A stretch of 64,000 nucleotides of DNA from Chrysomallon squamiferum (Eukaryota > Animalia > Mollusca). The translations under genes and the position numbers were made by a program. The notes beneath the pieces were generated by a model that saw nothing but the letters and a program-made list of their open reading frames with translations, ran no database searches and was not told where the DNA came from. The stretch lies in NCBI GenBank assembly GCA_012295275.1, contig CM022665.1:30814001-30878000 (forward strand), written 5' to 3'. Shown in pieces: positions 38,201-50,980 of the stretch (within the stretch, counting starts at the first letter, position 1; each line of letters begins with the position of its first letter).

Positions 38201-40547
38201 GGAATGGAAATAAAGTTGAATTATGAACTTTATAATGCAAAAGTAAAGTAATGCATTCTTAAAAAAAATTGAAGTGTTTTATCACACTTCATTCCTTCAA
38301 AAATCCAACACAAAAAAAAAGTATATATAGTGGTCTTCCATTTTGTTGGTTCCAGATACCTTCCTTATTGCTTTTACTGCTTCTTCTTTTGGTAATTTAG
38401 AAAATGGATGTTTTGTTTGCTAAAACATTATGGCTAAATTTAAATTTATATGCAGGAGTTGCATTATTTTCTACAGTATTTTGGAATTGTTTTTGAATAA
38501 ATGTAAATGTTTCTTTCGTTTAAAATATTAATAGGATTTCGATATTTATATATATTTCTAAATGTGTTAAACAAATGGTAATTTTGTTAAATATTAAATT
38601 TTCTCAAATGCTTGTCACTGCCAGTTTCAAGGTCACATGTGTCTTGTAGGACTATAAATTAAGACAGTAATACTGAAAAAATGAACATTCATTATAATAT
38701 AAAAAAAATTAAAAAAGAAAGAAAAAGAAAACAATATAAATTATTAATAATAAACATGTGACAAAAATCATTTTAATTTTCTTTTAACAGCTCATAACAG
38801 AATTAAAGAAATATATATTGATAATGGTCACATTAAAATTTAAAAAAAAGTTATATTGGCCTACTTACACAGTATGTAATACTGAACTTTTATGATTCCA
38901 GTTGTTTTCTTTTTTAGTTTATCCATAATGAGATTTTAGTTATTGTACTTAAATTTACAAATGGTACACATTTTGTTTCCCTTTGTAACAGATTTTTTGC
39001 TTTTCTAATTTTAATTTACTAATTTCCTTTAATCTGCTGTTGTCATTTTGTGTAAATGTTTTTGCACTAATAATATGCAATTTATCATAAATGATTCCAT
39101 GATACTTTTGAATTAACAAGTACAGCAGTACTTTAACAATGAATTATATTATGGGCATATGTCTCATTTATATAATGTTTCTCAACAAAAGAATTTTGTT
39201 TGTTTTTTGTAGATTATATATCTACAGTTTAATTCATTATCTGTTTCAGATATCTAAATATTAACATATTTCTACAAATTACTTTTTAATTATCATAGTT
39301 CAATTTCAATGTACATTTTAACTCTTACAGCTGCAAAAAGATTAAAAATGGAATGTTTGTTGTTTTTCACACTTACTGTTTTTCACATTATTTTGAAAAA
39401 TAAAACATTCCAAGTGCTTGTTGCTTAGGCTATTATAAACATACTTATTCAAGAAAATGGATTATTCTTCGTACATAACAGGACTGACTATCTGAATGGA
39501 AAATTCTAAACATAAAAATGTAAATAGAGGTGCATATTAAAATTTGAGACTAATAGAAAAGAAATTTTAATTTTCTTTCTTTTTTTCTTTTTTTTTTTTT
39601 AATTGTATTTAGTCTGCATATAGATAACTAAAACTGGAATGTATATTGTTTTCAAATTGAAAACAGTTTGCCAGTAGATAACATTAATGAAAACAGCTGG
39701 TAATATGTGGGACCATTCTAGGAAATGTATAAATAATATAGTGAGTGAGTATCATCAAAATGAATTTTTAAACATGGATCATGACATTTTTGTCTCTAAT
39801 AAAATAATTATTTGATAATGGAAATATATATAAACTATTATTTAAATATATAACAAATAAATATATGCATATATATGTTTTTGTTATTTGTTTTGATGTT
39901 ATATTGGTATTCATATTTCATATAATTTATTTATTTGTGTTGTGGGATGTTTAATTTATTTGTAGTATTGTTCTCATGTTTAATTTCATTAGTAAATTGT
40001 TCAGAATAAATTGAAAATATTGATCTGAGAAGTATTTTCACATGACATCCTTCCACTGTCCAATTTTTTTTTTTTTTTTTTTTTTAAATATATTTATATT
40101 TTTAAATATCATTTATCCTCAGAAAATAAATTTCCTTTTCTCCTTATCCAGAACAGCTTCCTTGACTAATATTGCTGTATCCATTGGGAAGTTTCAAGAG
40201 AAAATCCAGAGCTGAATGCTGTCACATGTTTTTCTTTAAGCTAAATTTCAGATTTATTGTATTAGAATATTGTGAATAATTTACAGATCATGTTCATCAT
40301 CAGTAATCTGTGGACAGTTAAGGTTATAACTAATGGAAAATAATAATAAATAAATAAATTATAAATGATATAATGTTCACTACAACATACAGTTCTATCA
40401 GAAATACTTCTACAAATCATAAAATTTGATGCCAGTTTTTCTCAATAGTCCCTTGTTTATTTTTAAAACAAACAGCAGACAGGAAATACAAATCAATTTT
40501 ATTAATTTAGGAATGCAAGTAAAAGGAAAAATAAAGCATTAATATAT

Positions 40548-41045
40548 TTATTCCCATTCACATGTCTCCACACATTCCAGTCTTGTTTTGAAATTGTTAC
40601 TGTTTCCTCCACAGCCTCCATACTCAAAACTCAAACATCGCCTCATTTGAAAACTGTAGAAATAGCGAGTTTCTACTCCATCACATGGGCCTTTGTCCAT
40701 TGGTTCCTGACAGTCTGAAAACGACAACAAAATTAGCTCCGTTAGTATTTGTCACAAATACTTCAGCACAGATGGAGTTGGTTATCTCTGAGACACTGAG
40801 ATGAAGGAACATGGGGATGTTGTAGAAAACAGATATACTGTGGGTACATGTATTCTTTTATGTTTGTGTACGTGTATGTGTATGTGTATGTGTGCAAGAA
40901 TGAGAGAGTGTTGTGTAATTCAGTTCTCAGTTTTATTATTTTATAAATTCCTTGAAATCATCTTACCATGAGGACTTTGAAAAATGGCAGATTCCAAAAT
41001 GCCACAGGCCACAAAGATAAATAAAACAAATCTAAATGAAGACAT
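40548..41045 (-). CDS. Secreted single-domain Kunitz/BPTI-type protein, 81 aa
   Basis: Exons 41045-40967 (MSSFRFVLFIFVACGILESAIFQSPH, signal-peptide-like, donor G|gtaaga) and 40714-40548 join in phase 1. Mature part: DCQEPMDKGPCDGVETRYFYSFQMRRCLSFEYGGCGGNSNNFKTRLECVETCEWE*, with all six Kunitz cysteines and the F.YGGC.GN.NNF motif. AATAAA on the - strand at 40503-40498. Confidence 0.93.
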
Positions 41046-42014
41046 GTTCTTTTAAAACCCTGAAATGGTTTTTTAAAGTATAAAAGAAGAAAATCTGAAA
41101 TAAAAACAGCAATAATAATTTTAAAAATTTAAGATCTTATATTCAGAATGTTAGAAAACAAATGTATTTATTAAGATAAATAATATTTGTACATCTAGTA
41201 AAATATCTTTTAATACATTCAGATTTGAGAAATAAATGCTGTCATTTTTTCAATATCTCCTATTCATATAAAGATACACCCAATTTTATAATTAATAGTA
41301 ATTTTTTAGTATGTTGGTCTGGGGAAATGGCATTTATTCCCTGATTGTGACCAATTTGTGATCTTTGGAACAGAATTATTCTTGTAGGTTTATTGGTCAG
41401 ACTATTTCAATTTTTTCAGCCCTAAGAATGTGTTCATTTCTGTTTGAAACTTAATTTTTATTTATTATCTGAAAAGCATTATTACCAAAAGTAGCTACTT
41501 ACTACACAAATCCGTTATCTCTTTAGGTCACAACAAAATGGCAAACAAAAAACATGTGAACAGCAATGTGTTTTGTGGATGAGTCCATTATATATATATA
41601 TTTTTTTCATATGCTAATTATATTGTGATAATTTTTATTGTATCTTTCTGATTTGCAGGCACCCAGATAGTGATTTCTTTCAATGAACAAACAAACACTT
41701 ACAGTTAATATAAAAACAACAAAAATATAACATGCCATTGTGATGAGATAAATACCTATCAATAGAAAGTGTTTCATGCTGTTTAAGAAGAAAATGAATG
41801 GATTAGTCATAGGATTGGCTCTCCTTTCTGCAGATAGTTTTATGATGTTTTTACAAACATTTGTGGCATGCACTTCCCTGTCTAAATGATTCCTTGCTGA
41901 TAACTGACAGAAATTAGTCACTTCAATTATTATTGTAAACTGAAACTGTAATCTTATTTGTCATAAAAACACAAAAACACTCATGTACTTTTTCACATTC
42001 CAAAAAATAGTAGT

Positions 42015-42045
<31 letters not shown>

Positions 42046-42759
42046 TCTGTAATTATTGATTCCGCCACTGCATTGATGAGGACAGGAATACCGCCAGGAT
42101 TTTTTGTTACTGAGGGCCAACACATAAACAATTCCAGTTTGTAAATATGTACAGTGCAGTCAAATGTTAAAACCAGCAAATTTGTCAATGACGTTATTTG
42201 GATGGCAGCTGCAATCACTGGCATTAATTTAACTTTTCTCAAACTGATATTCTTTTGAATAGATTTATTTTGTTTCCAAACATACCCATTTACTAGCAAA
42301 GAACAAATACAGTGAATTTATATAATGCAAAAATAACACCAAAAAAAAAGAAAAAAAAAAAAAGAAGAAGAGCAAAAAAGAAACTCAAGACAAACAAGAG
42401 AATATTCAACTTTTTATTTATTCTAAATATTTTGCATCCACAAGATGCGACGTATATTCTGACATCATGTAACTAACCTGATAGTTGTCACATTTTAATG
42501 GAGGTGTGTTCTAGGTAGTTTCTAAACCCACATTAACCACCTCCCTCCAAATTATTTGCAGAACATTCTGAGTAAGTCCTTAATTGCCTTTTGTGCATAA
42601 AATAAATCTCAGAATTTTTAAATTTTAGTTAATTTTTTTGGTTTGGAAGTATTTCAGAGATGATGTCACATTTGAACAAATGAATTTAAAAATATCAAAT
42701 CATTCATACTTTTTTTGAGTTTGTGGGGAATTTGGTGGGGTTCTCCCCTCCCCACTTCA

Positions 42760-45700
42760 CTAGTGTTCCATATTTGAAATAACATCTCCGTTGGAACTGT
42801 GTTCTTTTGATCTGGTAGTAAGTTGTGCCATTAACATGTCCATTTTGCTAGCAAAGTTTTTGCCTTCTAAACGGTCTAAACTGATTTGTCTAAATGGCCC
42901 ACCAAGATTAAACCACTTGGGATCAGTTATTATTGTTCTTAGGTTCGAGTCTGTAGAGGTTTCTTTCTGTTTGATATTTAGAATGAGGTCAGTCGATGGT
43001 CCACTTTTGAGAGAAAGAACTCTGCAATAAAAAGAGAAAGAAAAGTTTAGACAAATTAGATACAGAAAAAGAAAGCACTAAAGAAATAACATGTAAGCAT
43101 TTAATAATAATAATGCTGAACTGAATAAGAGATAATTTTAAAGAAAGAAACAGTTACATTAATGATTTTATTATTTAACAGACTTTTTGGACAAATTATC
43201 TAATTTTCACATAAAAACAAGTTATTTATTAAGAATTTTAAAACAATAATCTCCCTTGTTCCAAAAAAATAATAAACCATTCCAGCAATTTTTAAACTTA
43301 ATTTGACTCTTACATGTCGCCTCTTGGTGATGCAAACATAATTGAAGATGCTGTTCCAAATGTTTCCATGTCACCTGTTCCCATGTTTAAACTCATTGAC
43401 AAGATCTGCCAGCTCTGATACTTGACCAACTGCTGCACAACTGTTACATGATACTGAGAAATCTGTTAGCAGAAACACACATAACAGCATATTTTTGATA
43501 ATAAACTTTTGTTTCAGCACATTCTGTATTTTTGAAACACTGATATCATTATTCCCATTTTTTAAATTAAATATCTGTAGATAGTTTTTGTAATTTTTTC
43601 ATTCCAAAATAACTTTAGACAAATATAAACATTCTGATGTACATAGTAAGTGTTTAAAAAAAAAGCCATATTAGTATTTGTTAGTTATGAATCTCTATGG
43701 GTATGTATTACGAATGCTTTTTAAAATGTTTATTTACATATATTAATTTACAGATCATAGTTCACTGTAATTTTTTCACTGTTTGAAAAATTTAAAAGGT
43801 GTGACTTACTTACTTAACTAATATATATATCAAATTCTAAAGTTGTACAATTATATTATTATATTTACAAATATGTGGATAAATACACAAATCATGTTTA
43901 AACAGTTTTCCAGTAAAGAAAAGTTATAATGAATTAAACAAGTAAAGGGATCAAAATGTAAGCACTTCTAAAATATATTGAACACTGATGCAAAATTAAT
44001 AACATGTTAATCATTATATGTATAATTTGTAGAAGATGAACATAAAATGTGTTTTTTTTATTGTTTTTGTTTTTTTATTTCTTTTAATTCTAATGAAAGA
44101 ATTTTAACTTGCCTGCCACAAAATAAGATCCTGTAGTTCCTTGTCTTCAAATGACAGAACACAGGTTTTTCCATCTTTGAGAATAGCCTGTATTGTATCT
44201 ACTCCAATCAGCAGATCAAGAGAACTTCTGCAGTAAACAGTCAAACACATGAACGATAATGACAGAAAGATACTTTAATTATTAAATAATAACTGGAATT
44301 AAACAGTAAGTTGCTGTGAATTTAAAAAAAATATATAAACACAAGATCTGAAAAATAAAGAACAGTGAGGTTAATATGACATTTCTGTACAAACAAAATC
44401 TGTATATTCTGACATTAAATATTATCTCACAAATAAGAATGCCATCTCGCAAAATTGCCTGAAATAAGTGTGGCCCTAAAATCAAAGCATGAGCTAAAAT
44501 GAAACTAAAGCAACATCACCCTGTCATTATTTTCTCCCAGAGGGAAAGAAGTATTGTCGCATACTAACCTAACATTTTCATATCCACAAGATGTGATGTG
44601 TATTCTAACATTAGACTCCAGACTACTGTTGAGACAAGTCCAGTGTGCTGTGATCTGTGGATCCTGGACTGACACTGCCAGCTGGTCAATGACATGCATT
44701 GTTCTGAAACAAACATTAACAATTATACTTTAAAACCCTGAAATAGTCTTAAATGCATATAATCATTATGTTTTAATACATTTCTATTACATTTTAATAC
44801 ATACAGTCATTTATGATGCTTGTTTTTATAATTAGAGAACTTCTGTTATAATCAGATCTTTTACATGATAAGAAAGTACAGATAATTATCTTAATATAAG
44901 AGCTGAGAAACATCCAAAAAAAAAGTCAGATTTAAAAAAAAAAAATCTTTGAAAGGAACAAGGCATTAAGAATTACTTTAACATTTAGTTTGAAAAAAAA
45001 AGCTACATTAAAAAATTTATGCTGCTAAATTTGTAAACACCTTAATCTCAGAACAGCATGTTTAGTCTGCTTAATGATTTGCTCCAAGAGAGTTTCTCTG
45101 AAAAAAAAAAAACCCCAAAAAAAACAACATTTAAATACAAATTACTCCAAAAAAACAACACAGTAACATTTATTGACAGAAGTCAAATTCAACTAGAATT
45201 TTACAAAACACATTTGATACTATTATATATATATAACATTAAAAAATTAAAAAATAAATCACAACAGCTGAAACATTACCATAGACAACAAACACTAATC
45301 ATACAATTTATATTTGATGGTTTTAATTGAATTAGTCTTTGTTTTTAATAATGATAAATATTTTCATTATTAAACAAAATGGCTAGTAAAATGAAACTTG
45401 TAAAGAGCCAGCTTAATATTTCTCAAGATACTTCAGCTACATCGAAATAGTTTTGTACATCACCCTAATCCCAACTCATGCTAAAATCAAGGAGCAAACC
45501 CAACTAGCTATCTTCAACCAAGTTTATTTCAAGGTATTTATCAAGGGACCTATCTGCTTTGTCTCTGCTAGTATTTTATAAGCTGGTGAAGGATGTAATG
45601 AAATATCTCACATACATGTTTGACATCTCTGCAAGCTCGGAGCGAGACATCCCGTCGGGTCCTGCCAGTCTCCGCTTTCTACTCATTCCCAGCATGGCAT

Positions 45701-48700
45701 TCACTGGGTGAGGTGGTGCTAGGTTGGTGTTTCGGTAATGTACTTCTCTCAGCAGCTGGTGTAAAGAGTGCTCCAGAACATGGTTGTGTTCTAGCTTCTG
45801 TGGCTGTAAAGGAACCTGTAACAAGAACAGTGAAAATATTTCATGTCCAGTAAACAATGCAAAATAAATATTAAGAATATAGCATAAAACAAACAAAAAA
45901 ATAAAAATAAATAAATAAATAAAAGACTAGCCACTCTGAAATGGCTTCACAACAGAATAGTGACATTACATGAGTTCCTAAAATTATTTATAAAATTAAG
46001 TTTTATTTCATTAAAGTAAACAACAATAAATAAAATTTTAATTCTCAACTTCCGGATGATTTAATACAAATTTCACATTTATACACTTATGGATTTGTAT
46101 AAATTTTAGAATTTACCTTTTTTTCTTTTCCTGTATAATGACAGAGAACAACAGAGAGCTGAATACCAGGGAAAACCTGAATATAAAAACAAACATTTAA
46201 AAAGAAAAGACAACAACAAAAAATATTATTCAAGTAATTGAGAATCCACTGTTCTAAACTGAGCAGGTGGCAGTACCAGATGAAGATGTTTGTTTTTATT
46301 ATTTCCTGTTATTAAAGTAAAACTATAAAATAATGAATTTTAAAATGACTTTTATTATTATACTTGTCCATGGTACGTACATTTGTTATGATTTGATTGC
46401 CAACCACCATGTGGGGAGTTGAAGATTTCACTTGGACAGCTTCTCTAGCCAACTAAAACAAAAAGTAATTTTAAGAATAAAAATTAAAAAACAAATAACT
46501 AAATAAACACAACAAACAATTCCATTTTCATGTCAGAGGCATATGATTTTTCAAAATACATGTAATGTACAATGAATTATGCATATTTAATGATATCTTT
46601 GTACAACAAAATTGGAACACACTGTCACTCCTACTGACTATTAGCAAGAAATGTTTTGCATTCATCTCCACATACAACAGCTATTGATAAACTATTTTTC
46701 AGTGAGATGTATTTATGTATTTTATTGCAAAACACTTTAGAAAAGGATATTATTACTAATGAAAAAAACAACAACAACCAAACAAACATACAGAGTAAGA
46801 AATATTATACTTTATGAGTTTACCTGAGCAAAAAGTTCTTTACAGAACAGAACGTTCTGAGCTACTTCTAGTTTCTGCTGCCAATATGCATCTGATCGCA
46901 CTGAACCCAAACCAGCAGGCATTTTTAATGTGGCAGATGTCAAGTCCATCATTTCTACAATAAAAAAAAATAAAAAACAACAAAAATAAAATGAGATACA
47001 ATTCCAAATGCAAACTTGTCATTACCAGTGGTATAGCTGAATTTTTAGAATTTCAGATTCATTTACAGGATTATGGATGTTACCTTCATTTATTTTGTGT
47101 GGTTATAATATTTAACTTCAAAACATGTAACACTATTAAGATTGTAATGTAAAAGAAAACTAAAAGACCAATGACAAAGATTTAAAATTTCAGAACCAGA
47201 GATGTCTCTTTCATTTTATTTGCATTCATCCAATATTTTCATTTAAAACCTGTAACACTACTTTGGTTGTAAATGAAAAGGCACTTTTAACTCTAATAGT
47301 GCCATGTTATTTTTTTTAATAAAAAACTGTAAAACAATTAAAATTTTAGTGGGGCTAATTTTTGTACCTAGTCTGTTTAAAAGAAAATCACCAAAAGTAC
47401 ATTTTATTTTTGACTGCTTTCAGAATTTACTGTTCTTGTAAAAAAATTAATTAATAAAGAAAATATAACAGTTATAAATGTGTGTAACATTAATGTGACA
47501 TCAGGTGATGTAAGTATATTATTACCTGGAACTGTCTTAACTTCCACCTGGATGTAGGCCACCCCCTCAAGTTCACTGGGTATAATAACTTCTAGACTAC
47601 TTTTCTGAACACCAGGTTCTGATTCTGACTGGTCTGTACTCTTCACAACTTCAAATGTTCCACCTTGCCAGAACCTTGATCCAGCTAAAACAAAACAGAT
47701 TACTTGATAAAACTTTGCATTTAACTTCTTTCTTTTTCTTTTAACTTAAAGCAAGAAAAAAAAAGCAAAAAAACAACAACACTGCACTACATTCGCAGAA
47801 TGTAATAGTTTACTTAGATAATAAATACATAGTGAAAAAAAAAAGAATAATAATCATAATGAAATTAAATATAATTTCAATCCTATTTTTAGATTTAAAA
47901 ATAGAATTAAAAAATCACTTATTTGACAAACAGCATGAAAAGATATTTTCAATATAACAGAACCAGCCTGCTAACATTTATGTTAAGTACTTTATAACTA
48001 AATAACAACAGCTAATTATAGAAATTTATTTCTATTGTTTTTATATGTAACCTGGAAAACATAAAATAGACCCATAAAAAGACATGAGAGTGTTAAAACT
48101 AGTAGTGATTTTCTTAATTTATTTTTAGCTGAAGTAGAAAATATACTAAATATAATATGCAACACAGCAGATTAAGAAAGCAAAACAAAATTGTATCATC
48201 TAAACAGTCCAGAATACAAGAAATAGCAATTCAAATCAAAGTATTTGGGTTATCTGTAAACACCAGTTTTAGCCAATCAGATGCTGAGATTCCAGAAACC
48301 TGACCTCATGTTCAATGTGTAGTGGAGCAATATTTACATCAGGTGCGACATAGTGCAGCCAGTGATTATCATTTTTGGCTTGGGTTTTGTGAAGTCAATT
48401 GTAGGACATGAAAACAGTGTTACTAATGTACCTACTATTTTCATTTTACGATTAATAAACCAAGTTAATATTATCTCACTGATTAATAATATAATATATA
48501 TATCTTTACTCTCTGATAGTCTAACAAAATAAAAATTTAAAATTTAATAACAATGGTTATACCTGATCGATAACTAAGATCACCAAGGATTGTTTTGCCA
48601 GTTTTCTTTAATCGCCAATTCTGTCGAAGTTTTAACAATTCAAAATGGAAATCATACTGTCCACGATTAACCACATCTACTTGACCCTTCTTCAGTCGAT

Positions 48701-50129
48701 CTGCTCCATTAGTTAACACTGTGGCTGCACCACACATAGCCTAGACAGAAACAAATGTAAAATAAAAGCTCTAATAAGTTCAAACGTGATTAACTGAATG
48801 TATAATGATAAAAGTATTATTGAAGATTTAATTTCATTATTTAACTCTGAAAATGACATGGGCCAATTATTAAGCCAACCACATACCAATAACAATGGAT
48901 ATAAAATTCTGCCAAATGTAAATTTTTGATTTCACTAGTTAATTCAGTGGAAAATGTCAATGAAATGGATTTATATAAATGACAACCAGTATTCCTAAAA
49001 AAGCTGCATGAATGAAACATGCAAGACATAGGATACTTCCTGAGTTAAAGTAATAATATTTAGTAAAGTAAAAATGTTTAAAATTTAAAAATAATTTATT
49101 AGAGTGCAAAACAGAAAAAGAAATACCTTTTTCTTTGAAAACAGTTGTGCAGGACTTGAAGATGTTGCCTCTTGAGTAATAGGATCTGCAACCATGTACC
49201 TTTTGTCTTTGGTTATATTTAACACATCAAGCAAAACCTTCAGTTCAGTTAGGGCAGCTCTACAAACAGCAATGTTTTAAAAATTAATGAATAATAAAAA
49301 TCAAATACACAGCTTTATTGCAAAACATAAACTGATAACAATAAATTATATTAATAAAAATTTAAATTATTTTAAAATAAGTTCAGCCTTCTTTTAAACT
49401 AATAACAGTTCTTTAATAATATTAGCATACAACATAAAATAATTTATATTAATAACTGAGAAAGATTTTCCATAAATATTTCAGATAATTCAGGAATGTC
49501 CTGGAAACTATAAACATAATTTACTGTAAAATCTAAAATCCAACCATTGTATATCTGGCCAGAGCAGAGCTGATATCACTAAATCAGTGATACACAGAAT
49601 GAAAAAATATAAAAGCATCTCACTTTAATTTATTTCTCACAGAATCCCATGGCCAAAGTGATGGCTGAAATGTTGCTAATGTCTTGTCATCTTCTTCTGC
49701 TTTCTCTCCTTCTGAAGTAGGCTTTCCTTTTCCTTCACTTTCATCTTTGTAAAAGTCAATTTTATGTGCAAGTTTTGATAGATTTTCTGACATAGACAGT
49801 GGCCTGAAATTAAAAAGAAAATATTTAATATAATTATATAAATAAATAAAAACAAATAAGCCATACTAGCAGATGTGTAAAAAAAAATATAATTGATATC
49901 TTGTCAATGAACGAATAATAATTACAATTTTAATAAAGACTTCACTTTTTAAAATTTGTTGCGATGTTTTATAACATTACAGTTTTAATATTTATTTTTA
50001 AAAAGTAAGTTAAATTAATACAAAAATAAAGCCATACTGGACATATTTTTCTTGTCCATCTAGAGTAACTTCTTGAACTTGATTTTCAACAACAGCTTCG
50101 ACGCTAACATTGATTCCGGGAACCGCCAT
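42760..50129 (-). CDS. MED17: Mediator of RNA polymerase II transcription subunit 17, 640 aa
   Basis: 14 exons join in frame (1923 nt): 50129-50038, 49803-49624, 49259-49127, 48740-48563, 47684-47526, 46954-46824, 46452-46381, 46176-46117, 45815-45616, 45097-45041, 44703-44569, 44227-44113, 43462-43314, 43021-42760. Recognisable MED17 motifs: [113 protein letters not shown]. Confidence 0.95.
43463..44112 (-). other. Non-canonical GC-AG intron (MED17 intron 12)
   Basis: Donor reads TGG CAG|GCAAGT. Splicing there to ctaacag|ATT TCT CAG keeps the frame and the homologous sequence (LQDLILWQ|ISQYHV). Confidence 0.85.
48271..48380 (-). ncRNA. Candidate intronic box C/D snoRNA/scaRNA
   Basis: Sense to the MED17 host: AGCCAA-aa-ATGATAA (C, one mismatch) ... 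CTGA (D') ... ATGAGG (C'-like) ... CTGA (D)-TTGGCT. 6-bp terminal stem, about 110 nt, GC-richer than the surrounding intron. Confidence 0.45.
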
Positions 50130-50473
50130 ATTTATAGCTTCATTTTGTTAACCCACTTTTCGTATACAATATTTAATTATATTTCATATTTATACATAAA
50201 ATTAAATTTCATTAATTTTAACTATTCAGTGTTATGTGTTTTTTTTATTCTATATCAACTGTAGTAAAATAATTGATACTGGATACGAAAATCTTAAAGG
50301 GAACTCCTCTTTTCTGTTGAATTCCCCAACCATACCAATGTGTGTCAAAATGGAGTGTTGTGTTGGTGAAACAATGTCTCTGTTTGTGTCCTCGATTTTA
50401 ATCTTTCCATGGAAACAGCGACGCTGAATACTGATATATAATAATCTAGAGATTCAATATTTGTTCGAAACAT
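50130..50473. promoter_or_regulatory. Probable bidirectional promoter of MED17 and PCNX4, with the likely non-coding first exon of PCNX4
   Basis: Divergent genes; local retention of CpG; YY1-like CAAAATGGAG at 50346; donor CAT|gtaagt at 50473/50474 could pair with the strong acceptor at 51857 just upstream of the PCNX4 ATG. Confidence 0.6.
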
Positions 50474-50894
50474 GTAAGTTACATAACGAACAGTAAAAGA
50501 ATACTGCTTGAATATTAATAATCGTTTTCTGTTTTGACAGCTGTGTTTACAGGTGCCCGTAAACAAAAGAAATGCTGGAAAAGGGATCCATTTATATTAA
50601 TCATTCTTCTGATTAAAATGATATAGCATCTTTCAGAACAATTTCTAGCATTGATTAAACTATATTTTCAATTATAATTGTGATCTTTGACATTTTGACT
50701 TGTGTTTTTATGTCACTATCATAATCATCTTTGACCATTGTCATAATAAGATAATTCTAAATTCATTAATTGTTATATAAATCATTAAATGTGTATTTTA
50801 CTGTATGTATTAACTATAAAATGTCTGTAATATATGATGTTAAGAATAAAATAATTTCATTTTTTTTACCCCTTAAATAGAAATTTATTTCTTT

Positions 50895-50896
<2 letters not shown>

Positions 50897-50975
<79 letters not shown>
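50897..50975. repeat. (TAA)n microsatellite, about 26 units
   Basis: Perfect trinucleotide run; explains the poly-Ile ORF 50814-51047. Confidence 0.95.
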
Positions 50976-50980
<5 letters not shown>

